Part shown: piece after piece, positions 17,045-25,413 of the stretch
Numbering within the stretch: position 1 is the first letter of the stretch
Layout: every line of letters begins with the position of its first letter
From: Bacillota bacterium
Lineage (GTDB): Bacteria; Bacillota; Clostridia; Peptostreptococcales; Anaerovoracaceae
Length of the DNA: 40,141 nt
Assembly: GCA_036725465.1 (NCBI GenBank)
Contig: DAIMEC010000001.1
Coordinates: forward strand, 1 to 40,141
Direction: 5' to 3'
The notes under the pieces: generated by a model
What the model saw: the letters and a program-made list of their open reading frames with translations, nothing else
What the model was told of the DNA's origin: nothing
Databases searched by the model: none
Position numbers and translations under genes: made by a program

Positions 17045-18446
17045 ATTCGACTATAAGAGTATCAAGGCAAGAGTATGGGTCTATTTTTTGTGCTTTACCG
17101 TCATCGTTCTTATGCTTGTCTGGTTCCTTCAGATACTTTTTATCAACAACTATTATGAAGAAATGAAAGTGCGGGAAACCAAGCGCATTGCATCAAATAT
17201 AACCTCCGACTATACGGATGGAAACATCAATGATATCGTGAGCGAAGTAGAAAAGCTTTCTGAAAATGATGATATGTTCATACGTATCGAATCCCTGAAG
17301 AGCGGTATAGTTTTCTCTCCGTCCGTCGATGATCGGGGATATGAGAACGAAATAGAAACAGTCAAGGGCAAGCTTATCACCAGTGGAAAAAATAATATAT
17401 CTATCATAATAAGCAGCCCCTACAACAGCCGCAATGTTCTTGTCTATGCGGGATTTTTAGATCCGGCAGAAGAAAACATACTCTATGTTTTTTCTCCTCT
17501 TTATCCGGTGAAATCCACAGTCAGCATACTTCAAAACCAGCTTGTATATATAACGATCATAGCTTTGATCCTGGCCACAGTAATTGCATATATACTTTCC
17601 ATAAGAATAACAAAACCGATAAGATCTATCATCAGATCCGCAGGCAAGCTTTCAGCTGGCCAGTACGGTATCACATTCCGGACGGAAAAAACATATTCTG
17701 AAATAAAAGATCTGGCCAATTCTCTTAACAAAGCTTCTTATGAACTGGAAAAATCCATAAACCTCCAAAAAGATCTGATGGCAAATGTATCACACGATCT
17801 AAGGACTCCTTTGACCATGATAAAATCCTATGCGGAGATGATAAGAGATCTTTCGGGCAACGACCCAAAAAAACGCGATCAGCATCTGAAGGTAATAATC
17901 GAAGAAGCTGACAGACTTAATGCCCTGGTGGGCGATATGCTTACTCTGTCAGCCATGCAGTCAGGAAAAATATCTTTGAGCAAGAGCATATTCAATATAA
18001 AAGAAGCGGCTGAAAACGTTCTTCTTCCTTATCGCCTTCTGGAAGAAAAAGAAGGGTACAGAATAAAATTCATATGCCGTCAAAATATATATGTCAACGG
18101 TGATCTGGAAAGAATGAAGCAGGTCATCTCCAACCTGCTGACAAATGCCGTAAAGTATTGCGGTGCCGACAAAACCATAACTCTTTCCATCAAACGCACC
18201 GGCAAAAAAATGCGCTGCGAAGTAAAGGATAACGGGATGGGTATCAAGCCCGAAGAACTTCCCCACATATGGGAACGTTACTACAAGGCCAGCAGCAACC
18301 ATGTAAGAGCCACCACCGGATCCGGACTTGGACTTTCCATAGTAAAAGAGATACTTTCGCTACACAGGGCAGACTTCGGTGCCAACAGCAAGCCCGGTCA
18401 CGGATCTTCCTTCTGGTTTGAACTTGATACGGTCAAAAAACGCTGA
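17034..18446 (+). CDS. Sensor histidine kinase (two TM segments, HAMP-like linker, HisKA, HATPase_c).
   Basis: H-box SHDLRTPLT, N-box LLTNAVKY, and G-boxes DNGMGI and GSGLGLSIV. The TTG start overlaps the response-regulator stop by 11 nt. Confidence 0.9.
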   Translation: MKFKFDYKSIKARVWVYFLCFTVIVLMLVWFLQILFINNYYEEMKVRETKRIASNITSDYTDGNINDIVSEVEKLSENDDMFIRIESLKSGIVFSPSVDDRGYENEIETVKGKLITSGKNNISIIISSPYNSRNVLVYAGFLDPAEENILYVFSPLYPVKSTVSILQNQLVYITIIALILATVIAYILSIRITKPIRSIIRSAGKLSAGQYGITFRTEKTYSEIKDLANSLNKASYELEKSINLQKDLMANVSHDLRTPLTMIKSYAEMIRDLSGNDPKKRDQHLKVIIEEADRLNALVGDMLTLSAMQSGKISLSKSIFNIKEAAENVLLPYRLLEEKEGYRIKFICRQNIYVNGDLERMKQVISNLLTNAVKYCGADKTITLSIKRTGKKMRCEVKDNGMGIKPEELPHIWERYYKASSNHVRATTGSGLGLSIVKEILSLHRADFGANSKPGHGSSFWFELDTVKKR

Positions 18447-19809
18447 TTGCTTCTGTTATGCTGGAAACTCCCTTTAGCTCAATTTTCAATCTCTCTTCTG
18501 CCAGTTTTGATGCATTTCTTTTGGGCAATATGACTTTTTTGAAGCCCATTCTCTCAGCTTCTTTTATTATTTTTTCTGCGTTTTGCACAGCCCTCAGATT
18601 CCCGGTCAGGCCCACTTCACCTATTACAATGGTTCCTTCATTGCAAGGTTTTGCTGTACATGCGGAATATATGGCTAAAGCCACAGCCAGGTCGGCAGAG
18701 GTCCCTTCGGGTCTTAATCCTCCAACTATGTTCACATATATATCCTGATTCATAAGGGGAAGTCCGGCTTTTTTCTCAAGAACGGCGATTATCATATTCA
18801 ATCTTGAAAGATCCACCCCTATGGAAGACCTTCTGGCGAATCCCACACTGACAGGAGCAGCAAGGGCCTGAACTTCCAGAAGCAATGGCCTTGTGCCTTC
18901 ATGCACTGCAGTCACAACTGATCCGTCAGACCCCTCTTCAGTTCCTTCGAGAAAGGTCTTGGAAAGATTTTCTATTTCGACCAGACCTTCGCCCGTCATT
19001 TCAAATGCTCCTATTTCACTGGTGGTACCAAATCTGTTTTTTTGTGCTCTTATTATCCTTAGCTCCCGGTTTCTTTCTCCTGTGAGATCCAAAACACAGT
19101 CTACAAGGTGCTCAATTATTTTGGGTCCTGCCAGTTCTCCGCTTTTTGTGACATGGGCAACGATAAAAACAGGTGTACCGGTGACCTTGCCTATCCGCAT
19201 AAGTTCATTTGCACATGCTCTCACCTGTGACACGCTACCGGGTGAGGATTCCATAAATGATGTATACATGGTCTGTATAGAATCTATAACAACAAAGACA
19301 GGTCCAAGCTCTTCAACAGAAGCACATATATTTTCTATATTTGTTTCTCCCATTATAAAAAGATCTTTGCATATGCTGCCGCAGATCCTGTCTGCTCTCA
19401 TTTTGATCTGTTCTTCTGACTCTTCTCCTGAAACATAAAGCACTCTTCCGTATTTTTCTGCGATTTTCAGAGCTGCCTGCATTATGACGGTTGATTTGCC
19501 TATCCCCGGTTCGCCGGAAATCAAAGTGAGAGAACCTTTCACCATTCCGCCTCCCAGGACTCTGTTCAATTCTCCTATTCCGGTATCTATTCTTTCCGGT
19601 CCTTCCGAAGATCTTATATCTTTCAAAGCAGCCGGCTTTCTTTTCCCTTTTTTTGCTTTTCCTATTCCTCTTTTGTCGATACCGTCAAAGGATAAGACCT
19701 TTTCCTCTGTCATGGTATTCCATGCTCCGCATATGCACTGCCCCATCCATTTTGGACTTTCATATCCGCACTCCTGACATACAAATACGGTCTTTTGTTT
19801 TTTTGCCAT
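18433..19809 (-). CDS. radA: DNA repair protein RadA/Sms.
   Basis: N-terminal zinc ribbon CQECGYESPKWMGQCICG, Walker A GEPGIGKST, KNRFG motif and a C-terminal Lon-like domain. 458 aa. Confidence 0.95.
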   Translation of the reverse strand: MAKKQKTVFVCQECGYESPKWMGQCICGAWNTMTEEKVLSFDGIDKRGIGKAKKGKRKPAALKDIRSSEGPERIDTGIGELNRVLGGGMVKGSLTLISGEPGIGKSTVIMQAALKIAEKYGRVLYVSGEESEEQIKMRADRICGSICKDLFIMGETNIENICASVEELGPVFVVIDSIQTMYTSFMESSPGSVSQVRACANELMRIGKVTGTPVFIVAHVTKSGELAGPKIIEHLVDCVLDLTGERNRELRIIRAQKNRFGTTSEIGAFEMTGEGLVEIENLSKTFLEGTEEGSDGSVVTAVHEGTRPLLLEVQALAAPVSVGFARRSSIGVDLSRLNMIIAVLEKKAGLPLMNQDIYVNIVGGLRPEGTSADLAVALAIYSACTAKPCNEGTIVIGEVGLTGNLRAVQNAEKIIKEAERMGFKKVILPKRNASKLAEERLKIELKGVSSITEAISVF

Positions 19810-19829
19810 AGTATCCTCCGTACAATTAA

Positions 19830-19847
19830 GGGCGGCATCTGCCGCCC
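19830..19847 (-). terminator. GC-rich hairpin (GGGCGGC-atct-GCCGCCC) between the FN3/3D gene and radA. Possible terminator or attenuator with a weak U-tract.
   Basis: A perfect 7-bp GC stem read directly. On the minus strand it is followed by TTAATTGT, which is only a poor U-run. Confidence 0.4.
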
Positions 19848-19863
19848 GAAAATTACTTTTTTC

Positions 19864-20799
19864 TTAAACCAAAGGCAATTTCTTGCCTATTATATACACT
19901 GTTTTTTTCTTTATGCCCCATTTTCTGCACTCTTTTTCTGAACTGAGATATACGTCTATCTTCTTCCCTTTGACACCCGTGTCACATGCCTGGCAAAGTC
20001 CGTAACCCGGCACATAAAGCCATGTGCTCAGAGGTATTACTTTTTTGTCGACTGCGATCCTGCCTATTCTGGCCTTTTTGCCATTGGCGCAGGTGCCTTT
20101 TCCTGTATATGCATACGCTTTGACCTTCAACTTTTTTTTGTATGCCATACCGTTATTGGCATCTATGGATGCCGAGCTTCTGCCTGAAATCTTTTTTTTG
20201 CCGGATTTTTTATATGCTTTGATTTTATATGCATATGTTTTATTGGCCGTTATGCTTGAATTGCTGAAGCTGGTGGTGCCGGCTTTTGTTATGGTTTTTA
20301 TCTTCTTGTATTTGCCTCCCTTTGAGGCTCTGTAAACATAATACCCGCTGACACCGGAAACTTTCTTCCATGTTATCTTTATGTGTTTTCTTGATGTTAC
20401 GGAGTATTTCACATTTATAGGGGCTGCAGGTATGGTTTTTGCCGAGCATATCCGGGATATGCCGCTTTTTATGATGGTCGTGCCATCTTCTGCAAGTAAC
20501 AATGCATTTACATAATATTTATAGGTTTTGTTTATTTTAAGGCCCGAATCTATAAAGCAAAGTGTCTCTCCCCTCACCGATCTTATAATTTCATACTTGC
20601 CTGTTACGCTGTTATATCTGTATATTTCATACCCCTGCGAGTTCTCCACTGCCTGCCATGAGATACTTATCTGGCTGTGAGACACAGTTGCTGCAGACAC
20701 TTCAGGCGGCGCCGCTGTCACTTCAGCCATGGCTCCCTTAGGAGCAAGGGCCATTGCCATTGCAAATATCATAATAACCGAAATCAGTTTCTTTCTCAT
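19864..20799 (-). CDS. Secreted protein with signal peptide, two fibronectin-type-III-like repeats and a C-terminal 3D (MltA/RlpA-like double-psi beta-barrel) domain.
   Basis: Signal peptide MRKKLISVIMIFAMAMALAPKGAMA. There are two repeats of the pattern ISISWQAVENSQGYEIYRY / IKITWKKVSGVSGYYVYRA. The C-terminus IAVDKKVIPLSTWLYVPGYG...ACDTGVKGKKIDVY matches the 3D-domain pattern with conserved Asp residues. Confidence 0.7.
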   Translation of the reverse strand: MRKKLISVIMIFAMAMALAPKGAMAEVTAAPPEVSAATVSHSQISISWQAVENSQGYEIYRYNSVTGKYEIIRSVRGETLCFIDSGLKINKTYKYYVNALLLAEDGTTIIKSGISRICSAKTIPAAPINVKYSVTSRKHIKITWKKVSGVSGYYVYRASKGGKYKKIKTITKAGTTSFSNSSITANKTYAYKIKAYKKSGKKKISGRSSASIDANNGMAYKKKLKVKAYAYTGKGTCANGKKARIGRIAVDKKVIPLSTWLYVPGYGLCQACDTGVKGKKIDVYLSSEKECRKWGIKKKTVYIIGKKLPLV

Positions 20800-20944
20800 T
20801 GACCGTTCTCCTGCTTGCTGATACTTCTTACTCTACTGATTCAGTATAATCAGGAAATGTGAAGAACGTGTGAATAAAAGGCTCGAAACTGACATTTTTG
20901 TCACTTGTGTCATATATTCGTTTTTTCCTTTCCTTTATCAGGTA

Positions 20945-21787
20945 TCAGGGTTTTTTGCTCTCACATGGTATATCTGTCTGACAGAGCCCGCATCCGAATA
21001 TGTAATCACCCCTTTCAATGTGTTTTGGCCAGTATTTTGACACTGCTTCATCTTCATAGGCCTCACATGTGTATTTTTCATGGCCCTTTCCTGATATGGC
21101 TTCTACAGGACATCTTTTTATGCATTTGCCGCAGGAGCCATCCTGATAATAAAGACACCAGTCATAGGGTCCTCTGTCTCCTCTGGGTGTTATCATAAGA
21201 TCCGCTTCTATTATCAGGGAGGATATCCTGATAGCCTTGCCTTTTTCTGAAATGAATCCGTCTGAAAGACTGAATGTTCCCAGGCCTGCAGCAAAAGCGC
21301 TGTGCCTGTGTGACCATTTTGATGCTATCCCCAGATTTTCCGAATGCATTCTTTTGAATTCCTTCTGAAGATCTACAGATACACATCTTAAACCTTCATC
21401 TTCGAGGCGTTTAACAAGTTTACCGCTGAATTCCTGCATTAGAGGTTCCCATTCCCCCCTGGAAACAACCCAGTTGTCCGACGGGAAAACAGTGGCTTTT
21501 CCCTGATGCTTTTTTGTTGTTTTTGTCTGAGGAAAAACCATGGATACTACACGAAGCTTTTCCGCCTTCGGTACATTCTTATATTTGAGCCTGAAAACCT
21601 CCTGGGGATTCCAGTGAAAAGATCCTATATGGTCTTTAAGAAAATCATAATAGGGGTCGTTGCCTGCTGCAACGCCGATAACAGGTCTTTCCCACATGGG
21701 GTCTTCCGGTCTTCCCAGTGTTGCAAAATTATTCTTTTCCAATGAATCAAAAATATTATATACTATTTGTTTTATTTCCATTCTCAT
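20945..21787 (-). CDS. Fe-S protein related to the epoxyqueuosine reductase (QueG) / reductive dehalogenase superfamily. Function uncertain.
   Basis: C-terminal cysteine motifs CGKCIKRCP and CGLCQTDIPC, plus a WSHRHSAFAAGLGTF segment reminiscent of QueG. At 280 aa it is shorter than canonical QueG. Confidence 0.5.
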   Translation of the reverse strand: MRMEIKQIVYNIFDSLEKNNFATLGRPEDPMWERPVIGVAAGNDPYYDFLKDHIGSFHWNPQEVFRLKYKNVPKAEKLRVVSMVFPQTKTTKKHQGKATVFPSDNWVVSRGEWEPLMQEFSGKLVKRLEDEGLRCVSVDLQKEFKRMHSENLGIASKWSHRHSAFAAGLGTFSLSDGFISEKGKAIRISSLIIEADLMITPRGDRGPYDWCLYYQDGSCGKCIKRCPVEAISGKGHEKYTCEAYEDEAVSKYWPKHIERGDYIFGCGLCQTDIPCESKKP

Positions 21788-21791
21788 ATCC

Positions 21792-22340
21792 TCACATTGC
21801 CAGTCCGGTTCTTACTTTTTCCATAATGTCCTGTCCTTTTAGGGCTTTGACTATTTCCAGTGCAAACAGCATTGCAGTTCCGGGCGAGCGTCCTGTGATC
21901 ACCTTGCCGTCTTTTACCACGGGTTTTTCGGATGGCCTCGCACCTTTTAGCTTTTTTTCCAGACCGGGATATATGACAGCTTCCTTCTCCTCCAAAACAG
22001 AAAGACCTGCAAAAACCATAGGAGCGGCACATATGGCAGACAACCACTTGTCCTTAAGGGCAAATTCTCTTATCCTGCTGCAAAGCCCGTCATGTTTCTT
22101 CAGATTCAAAGTGCCTGTCATCCCTCCCGGCAAAACTATCATTTCACATTTTTCATAGTCCGCATCGGCGAAATCCATATCCGCTTTTATTTTTATTCCA
22201 TGTCCGCCGCAAACTGTCATATCTTTTTGCCCTCCCGGCACTGAAACAAAAGCCCCTTCTATTCCGGCTCTCTTCAAAATATCCATTATGGTCACGGCTT
22301 CTATTTCTTCAAAGCCTTCTGCCAGATGTATAAATACCAT
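21792..22340 (-). CDS. DJ-1/PfpI (ThiJ) family protein.
   Basis: MVFIHLAEGFEEIEA N-terminus and nucleophile elbow SAICAAP. The start was moved to the ATG at 22340, which has AGGAGG 8 nt upstream (the track start is a GTG at 22349). There is a 4-nt gap to the downstream QueG-like gene. Confidence 0.85.
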   Translation of the reverse strand: MVFIHLAEGFEEIEAVTIMDILKRAGIEGAFVSVPGGQKDMTVCGGHGIKIKADMDFADADYEKCEMIVLPGGMTGTLNLKKHDGLCSRIREFALKDKWLSAICAAPMVFAGLSVLEEKEAVIYPGLEKKLKGARPSEKPVVKDGKVITGRSPGTAMLFALEIVKALKGQDIMEKVRTGLAM

Positions 22341-22380
22341 GTATGACACCTCCTTTTATTTTATATGGATTCTCTTTGTT

Positions 22381-22412
22381 CAAAAAAACGGCCCGTACAC
22401 ATGTGCAGGCCG
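22381..22412 (-). terminator. Rho-independent terminator after the EF-G-like gene.
   Basis: On the minus strand: CGGCCTGCACATGTGTACGGGCCG followed by TTTTTTTG. It starts about 10 nt after the stop at 22423. Confidence 0.7.
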
Positions 22413-22422
22413 ATGACTTTTT

Positions 22423-24366
22423 TTATTTTTCTTCCTCTTTTTTGTGTTCGGCTATTATTTTCTCTGCAAGATGCCCGGGCACAGGTTCGTATCTTTCGAA
22501 GTTCATAATGAAATTTCCTCTTGCCTGTGTCATTGAACGCACTGTGACAGCGTAATCAAAAAGTTCCGCCTGGGGAGCTTCTGCCATTATCTTCTGACCT
22601 CCTCCTGCCAGGGGTTCAGAGCCGAGGATCTTTCCTCTTCTTTTGTTCATATCTCCCATTATGTCTCCCATATACTCATCGGGGACTGTTATTTCAATAT
22701 GCATTACCGGCTCCAGCAGGCACGGATTCGCATCTACTATACCTTTTTTGAAGGCCAGTGAAGCCGCTATCTTGAAGGCCATTTCGTTTGAGTCTACATC
22801 ATGGTAGGAACCATCATAAAGGTCTGCTTTTATTCCCACCACCTTGCAGCCTGCCAGAGGCCCTTTGTCCATGGATTCTTTCAGACCTTTCTCTACAGCG
22901 GGAACATAATTCTTGGGTATGGATCCACCAAAAAGCGATTCGGTGAATTCAAGATTATCCTGCTGAGACGGAGAAAATCTTATGTGTACATCTCCGTACT
23001 GTCCTGCCCCGCCTGTCTGTTTTTTGTGTTTTCCCTGAACATCGGAACTGCCTTTGATCGTTTCTCTGTAAGCGATTTTCTGATTGACTCTGTCAACATC
23101 CACGCCGAATTTATCCTTGAGTTTTGCAGTTATTACATTTAGCTGCTGTTCTCCCTGTCCTCCCAGCAGAGTCTGTTGAGTTTCTGTGTTTCTCTGAAGA
23201 ATGAAAGAAGGATCTTCTTCCATCAGTCTGTTGAGTCCCGTTCCGACTTTTTCTTCATCGCCCTTTGATTTAGGTTCTACAGCTATAAAGAAAGTGGGCT
23301 GCGGGAAGTCGATGGGCGGAAACACTACTATACTGTTCTTATCACAGAGAGTGTCTCCCGTCCTGGTATTCTGAAGTTTGCCTATGGCTATTATATCTCC
23401 TGCTTCCGCTTCTGCCGTATCCACTCTTGTCTTTCCTCTTAAGAAAAACATGGTTCCCAGTTTTTCGGATTTTTCGGAAACCGAATTGTATATTTCCTGT
23501 CCGCCTTTGAGTTTGCCTGAAATTATCTTTCCGAAAGATATTTTGCCCAGAACCTGATCGGCAACGGTTTTGAATATTAGTATGGCAGGTTTGCCGGAAG
23601 GATCACATTTCACTTCTATGTCTTTTTCCGAGCCGTCCTTTGCCGGATACGGTGCGTGATCAGTGGCTTTTGGCACAAGGTCTATAAATGTCTGCAGAGC
23701 CTCTTTCACCCCGGTTCCCTCATGTGCAGAGCAAAGCATAACAGGGGAGATATCCCCTTCTCCTATGCCTCCGGAAAGACCTTTGTTGAATTCTTCTTCT
23801 GTAAATTCTTCTCCGCTGAAAAATTTCTCCATCAGGGCCTCGTCTGTTTCGGCCACCGCTTCGTTAAGAGCATCTTTATCGTCAAGGGTCACTACAGATG
23901 TGCCGAATTTTGACTTCAGATCGGCAATAAGCTGATCTGTATCAACATTTTCTTTGTCGATTTTATTTATAAGGAAGAATCTTGGCACTCCAAGTTTCTT
24001 GCATGAATCCCATGCTTTTTCTGTTCCCACTTCAATACCGGAAGAAGCATCCACCAATATGGCGGCAGCCTCAACGGCTCTGAGCGTCGAGCTTACTTCA
24101 CCTGCAAAATCAAAAAATCCCGGTGTGTCTACAAAATTCATCTTGACTTTGTTGAATTCCACAGGCACTAAAGATGTGCTTATGGAATAGCCTTTTTCTA
24201 TTTCCATCTTGTCCCAGTCGGAGACCGTATTTCCGTCCTCGACCTTTCCAAGTCTGCTTATTACTCCTGTTGCCAGCAATGCCGCTTCCAGAAAATTGGT
24301 CTTTCCGGATCCGCCGTGTCCAACTAAAGCAACGTTTCTGATGGTTTCACTGGTATAGCCTTTCAT
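22423..24366 (-). CDS. Elongation factor G family GTPase, divergent paralog.
   Basis: G1 GHGGSGKT, G3 DTPGFFDF, G4 NKID. EF-G domain II-V-like sequence throughout (for example LLEPVMHIEITVPDEYMGDIMGDMNKRRG). 647 aa, with AGGAGG RBS. Confidence 0.85.
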   Translation of the reverse strand: MKGYTSETIRNVALVGHGGSGKTNFLEAALLATGVISRLGKVEDGNTVSDWDKMEIEKGYSISTSLVPVEFNKVKMNFVDTPGFFDFAGEVSSTLRAVEAAAILVDASSGIEVGTEKAWDSCKKLGVPRFFLINKIDKENVDTDQLIADLKSKFGTSVVTLDDKDALNEAVAETDEALMEKFFSGEEFTEEEFNKGLSGGIGEGDISPVMLCSAHEGTGVKEALQTFIDLVPKATDHAPYPAKDGSEKDIEVKCDPSGKPAILIFKTVADQVLGKISFGKIISGKLKGGQEIYNSVSEKSEKLGTMFFLRGKTRVDTAEAEAGDIIAIGKLQNTRTGDTLCDKNSIVVFPPIDFPQPTFFIAVEPKSKGDEEKVGTGLNRLMEEDPSFILQRNTETQQTLLGGQGEQQLNVITAKLKDKFGVDVDRVNQKIAYRETIKGSSDVQGKHKKQTGGAGQYGDVHIRFSPSQQDNLEFTESLFGGSIPKNYVPAVEKGLKESMDKGPLAGCKVVGIKADLYDGSYHDVDSNEMAFKIAASLAFKKGIVDANPCLLEPVMHIEITVPDEYMGDIMGDMNKRRGKILGSEPLAGGGQKIMAEAPQAELFDYAVTVRSMTQARGNFIMNFERYEPVPGHLAEKIIAEHKKEEEK

Positions 24367-24406
24367 ATGCTACCTCCTAAATAGTTTTTTCAAATACAGC
24401 GTGAGT

Positions 24407-24435
24407 ATTATATCATTTGTAGGAATCATTCGCAA
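24407..24435 (-). promoter_or_regulatory. Sigma-A promoter for the EF-G-like gene (TTGCGA-N17-TATAAT with TG extension).
   Basis: The minus strand reads TTGCGAatgattcctacaaaTGaTATAAT, about 40 nt upstream of the ATG. Confidence 0.55.
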
Positions 24436-24480
24436 TAATAATTGAACAATTAGACGCAGGTTTGGTCTCTTTTAGTTCCT

Positions 24481-24948
24481 TCAGACCTTTTCATGTTCCA
24501 TCTTTCTGAAATAAGGAAGCCTTGCCGCTATGCAAGTTACGAAAAAAGCGATAAGCAGTCTTACTACCACAACAACAAAAACATTTGCTCCGTTTATTCC
24601 AAACAGAAAACCCGTTTCAATTATACCGTGGCACAAATACATGAAAACCCCAATTAGAGCGAAATCCTTCTTGGAAAGGGGCTTCCTTTCATTGAGTTCC
24701 ATCAGGGTGCCGGCTCCATAGGTCACTCCCATTACGGTGCCCACCAGCAAAGGAAATATGGCATCCCTGCTCATTCCCATGGGTTTTCCCATAAACTCAA
24801 GACGCTTTGATATTTTTTCCAGAATATTATACTGGACAAGCAATTCTATTATTATCATGAGGGGTATCAATACTTTAAGCAGATTCAGAACAGTTGAAAG
24901 GCTCCCCGTAAGCATTTCGTTTAAAATGTAACTCCAGCTTTCACTCAC
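24481..24948 (-). CDS. Nucleoside-recognition (Gate) domain membrane protein, second half of a split pair.
   Basis: Hydrophobic protein, about 155 aa. The likely GTG start at 24948 (VSESWSYILNE) is preceded by GGGAGGTG and forms a GTGA overlap with the upstream stop. The track start at 24969 overlaps the upstream gene. Confidence 0.6.
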   Translation of the reverse strand: MSESWSYILNEMLTGSLSTVLNLLKVLIPLMIIIELLVQYNILEKISKRLEFMGKPMGMSRDAIFPLLVGTVMGVTYGAGTLMELNERKPLSKKDFALIGVFMYLCHGIIETGFLFGINGANVFVVVVVRLLIAFFVTCIAARLPYFRKMEHEKV

Positions 24949-25379
24949 AGAAACACACCTCCCAGCCATCCGATAAATATGCCCACCAAAACTGCGGCAA
25001 CCACTCTGTAAATCGCCAGTTTGCCTGAGGAAAATCCGATCTTGTGAGCAATGGCGGTTTCCACAGGAATGGAGTGGGCCATAAGGTTGACCATGGCAAT
25101 AGTAGTAATGGCGGCTGAAGAAAATTCAAAACCGCCCATCGCTGCCACACAGCCGTATTCATCTGTAAAAATTCCTGTTATTATGGGCACCGCCGCATCT
25201 CCGGGCAAGTTGAAAAGTTTCATTACCGGCTGACAGATTTCCTGAAGCCACGGCATCACCGGCGAGTATTTGAGTAATACAACAAGCAAGTATATGGGTA
25301 ACATAATTTTAAGGAGCATAAGTCCGGTCTTAAGCCCCTTAAAAGTTCCGTTTTTTATAGCATTGAAGAATTTCTTCAT
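24945..25379 (-). CDS. Nucleoside-recognition (Gate) domain membrane protein, first half of a split pair.
   Basis: 144-aa multi-pass protein (LKIMLPIYLLVVLLKY, PIITGIFTDEYG). It resembles the FeoB-gate / SpmA-SpmB type domain. RBS AAGAGGA. Confidence 0.6.
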   Translation of the reverse strand: MKKFFNAIKNGTFKGLKTGLMLLKIMLPIYLLVVLLKYSPVMPWLQEICQPVMKLFNLPGDAAVPIITGIFTDEYGCVAAMGGFEFSSAAITTIAMVNLMAHSIPVETAIAHKIGFSSGKLAIYRVVAAVLVGIFIGWLGGVFL

Positions 25380-25413
25380 CTTATCCTCTTACAGATATCA
25401 TCCTCTTCATTTT

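Noticed and set aside
22423-24366. The EF-G-like gene as a Tet(M)/Tet(O)-type ribosomal protection (tetracycline resistance) gene, given its length of about 640 aa.
   Set aside because: Ribosomal protection proteins keep the DTPGH switch II histidine and an AHVDAGKT-type P-loop. This protein has DTPGFFDF and GHGGSGKT. There is no mobile-element context. Length similarity alone is not evidence.
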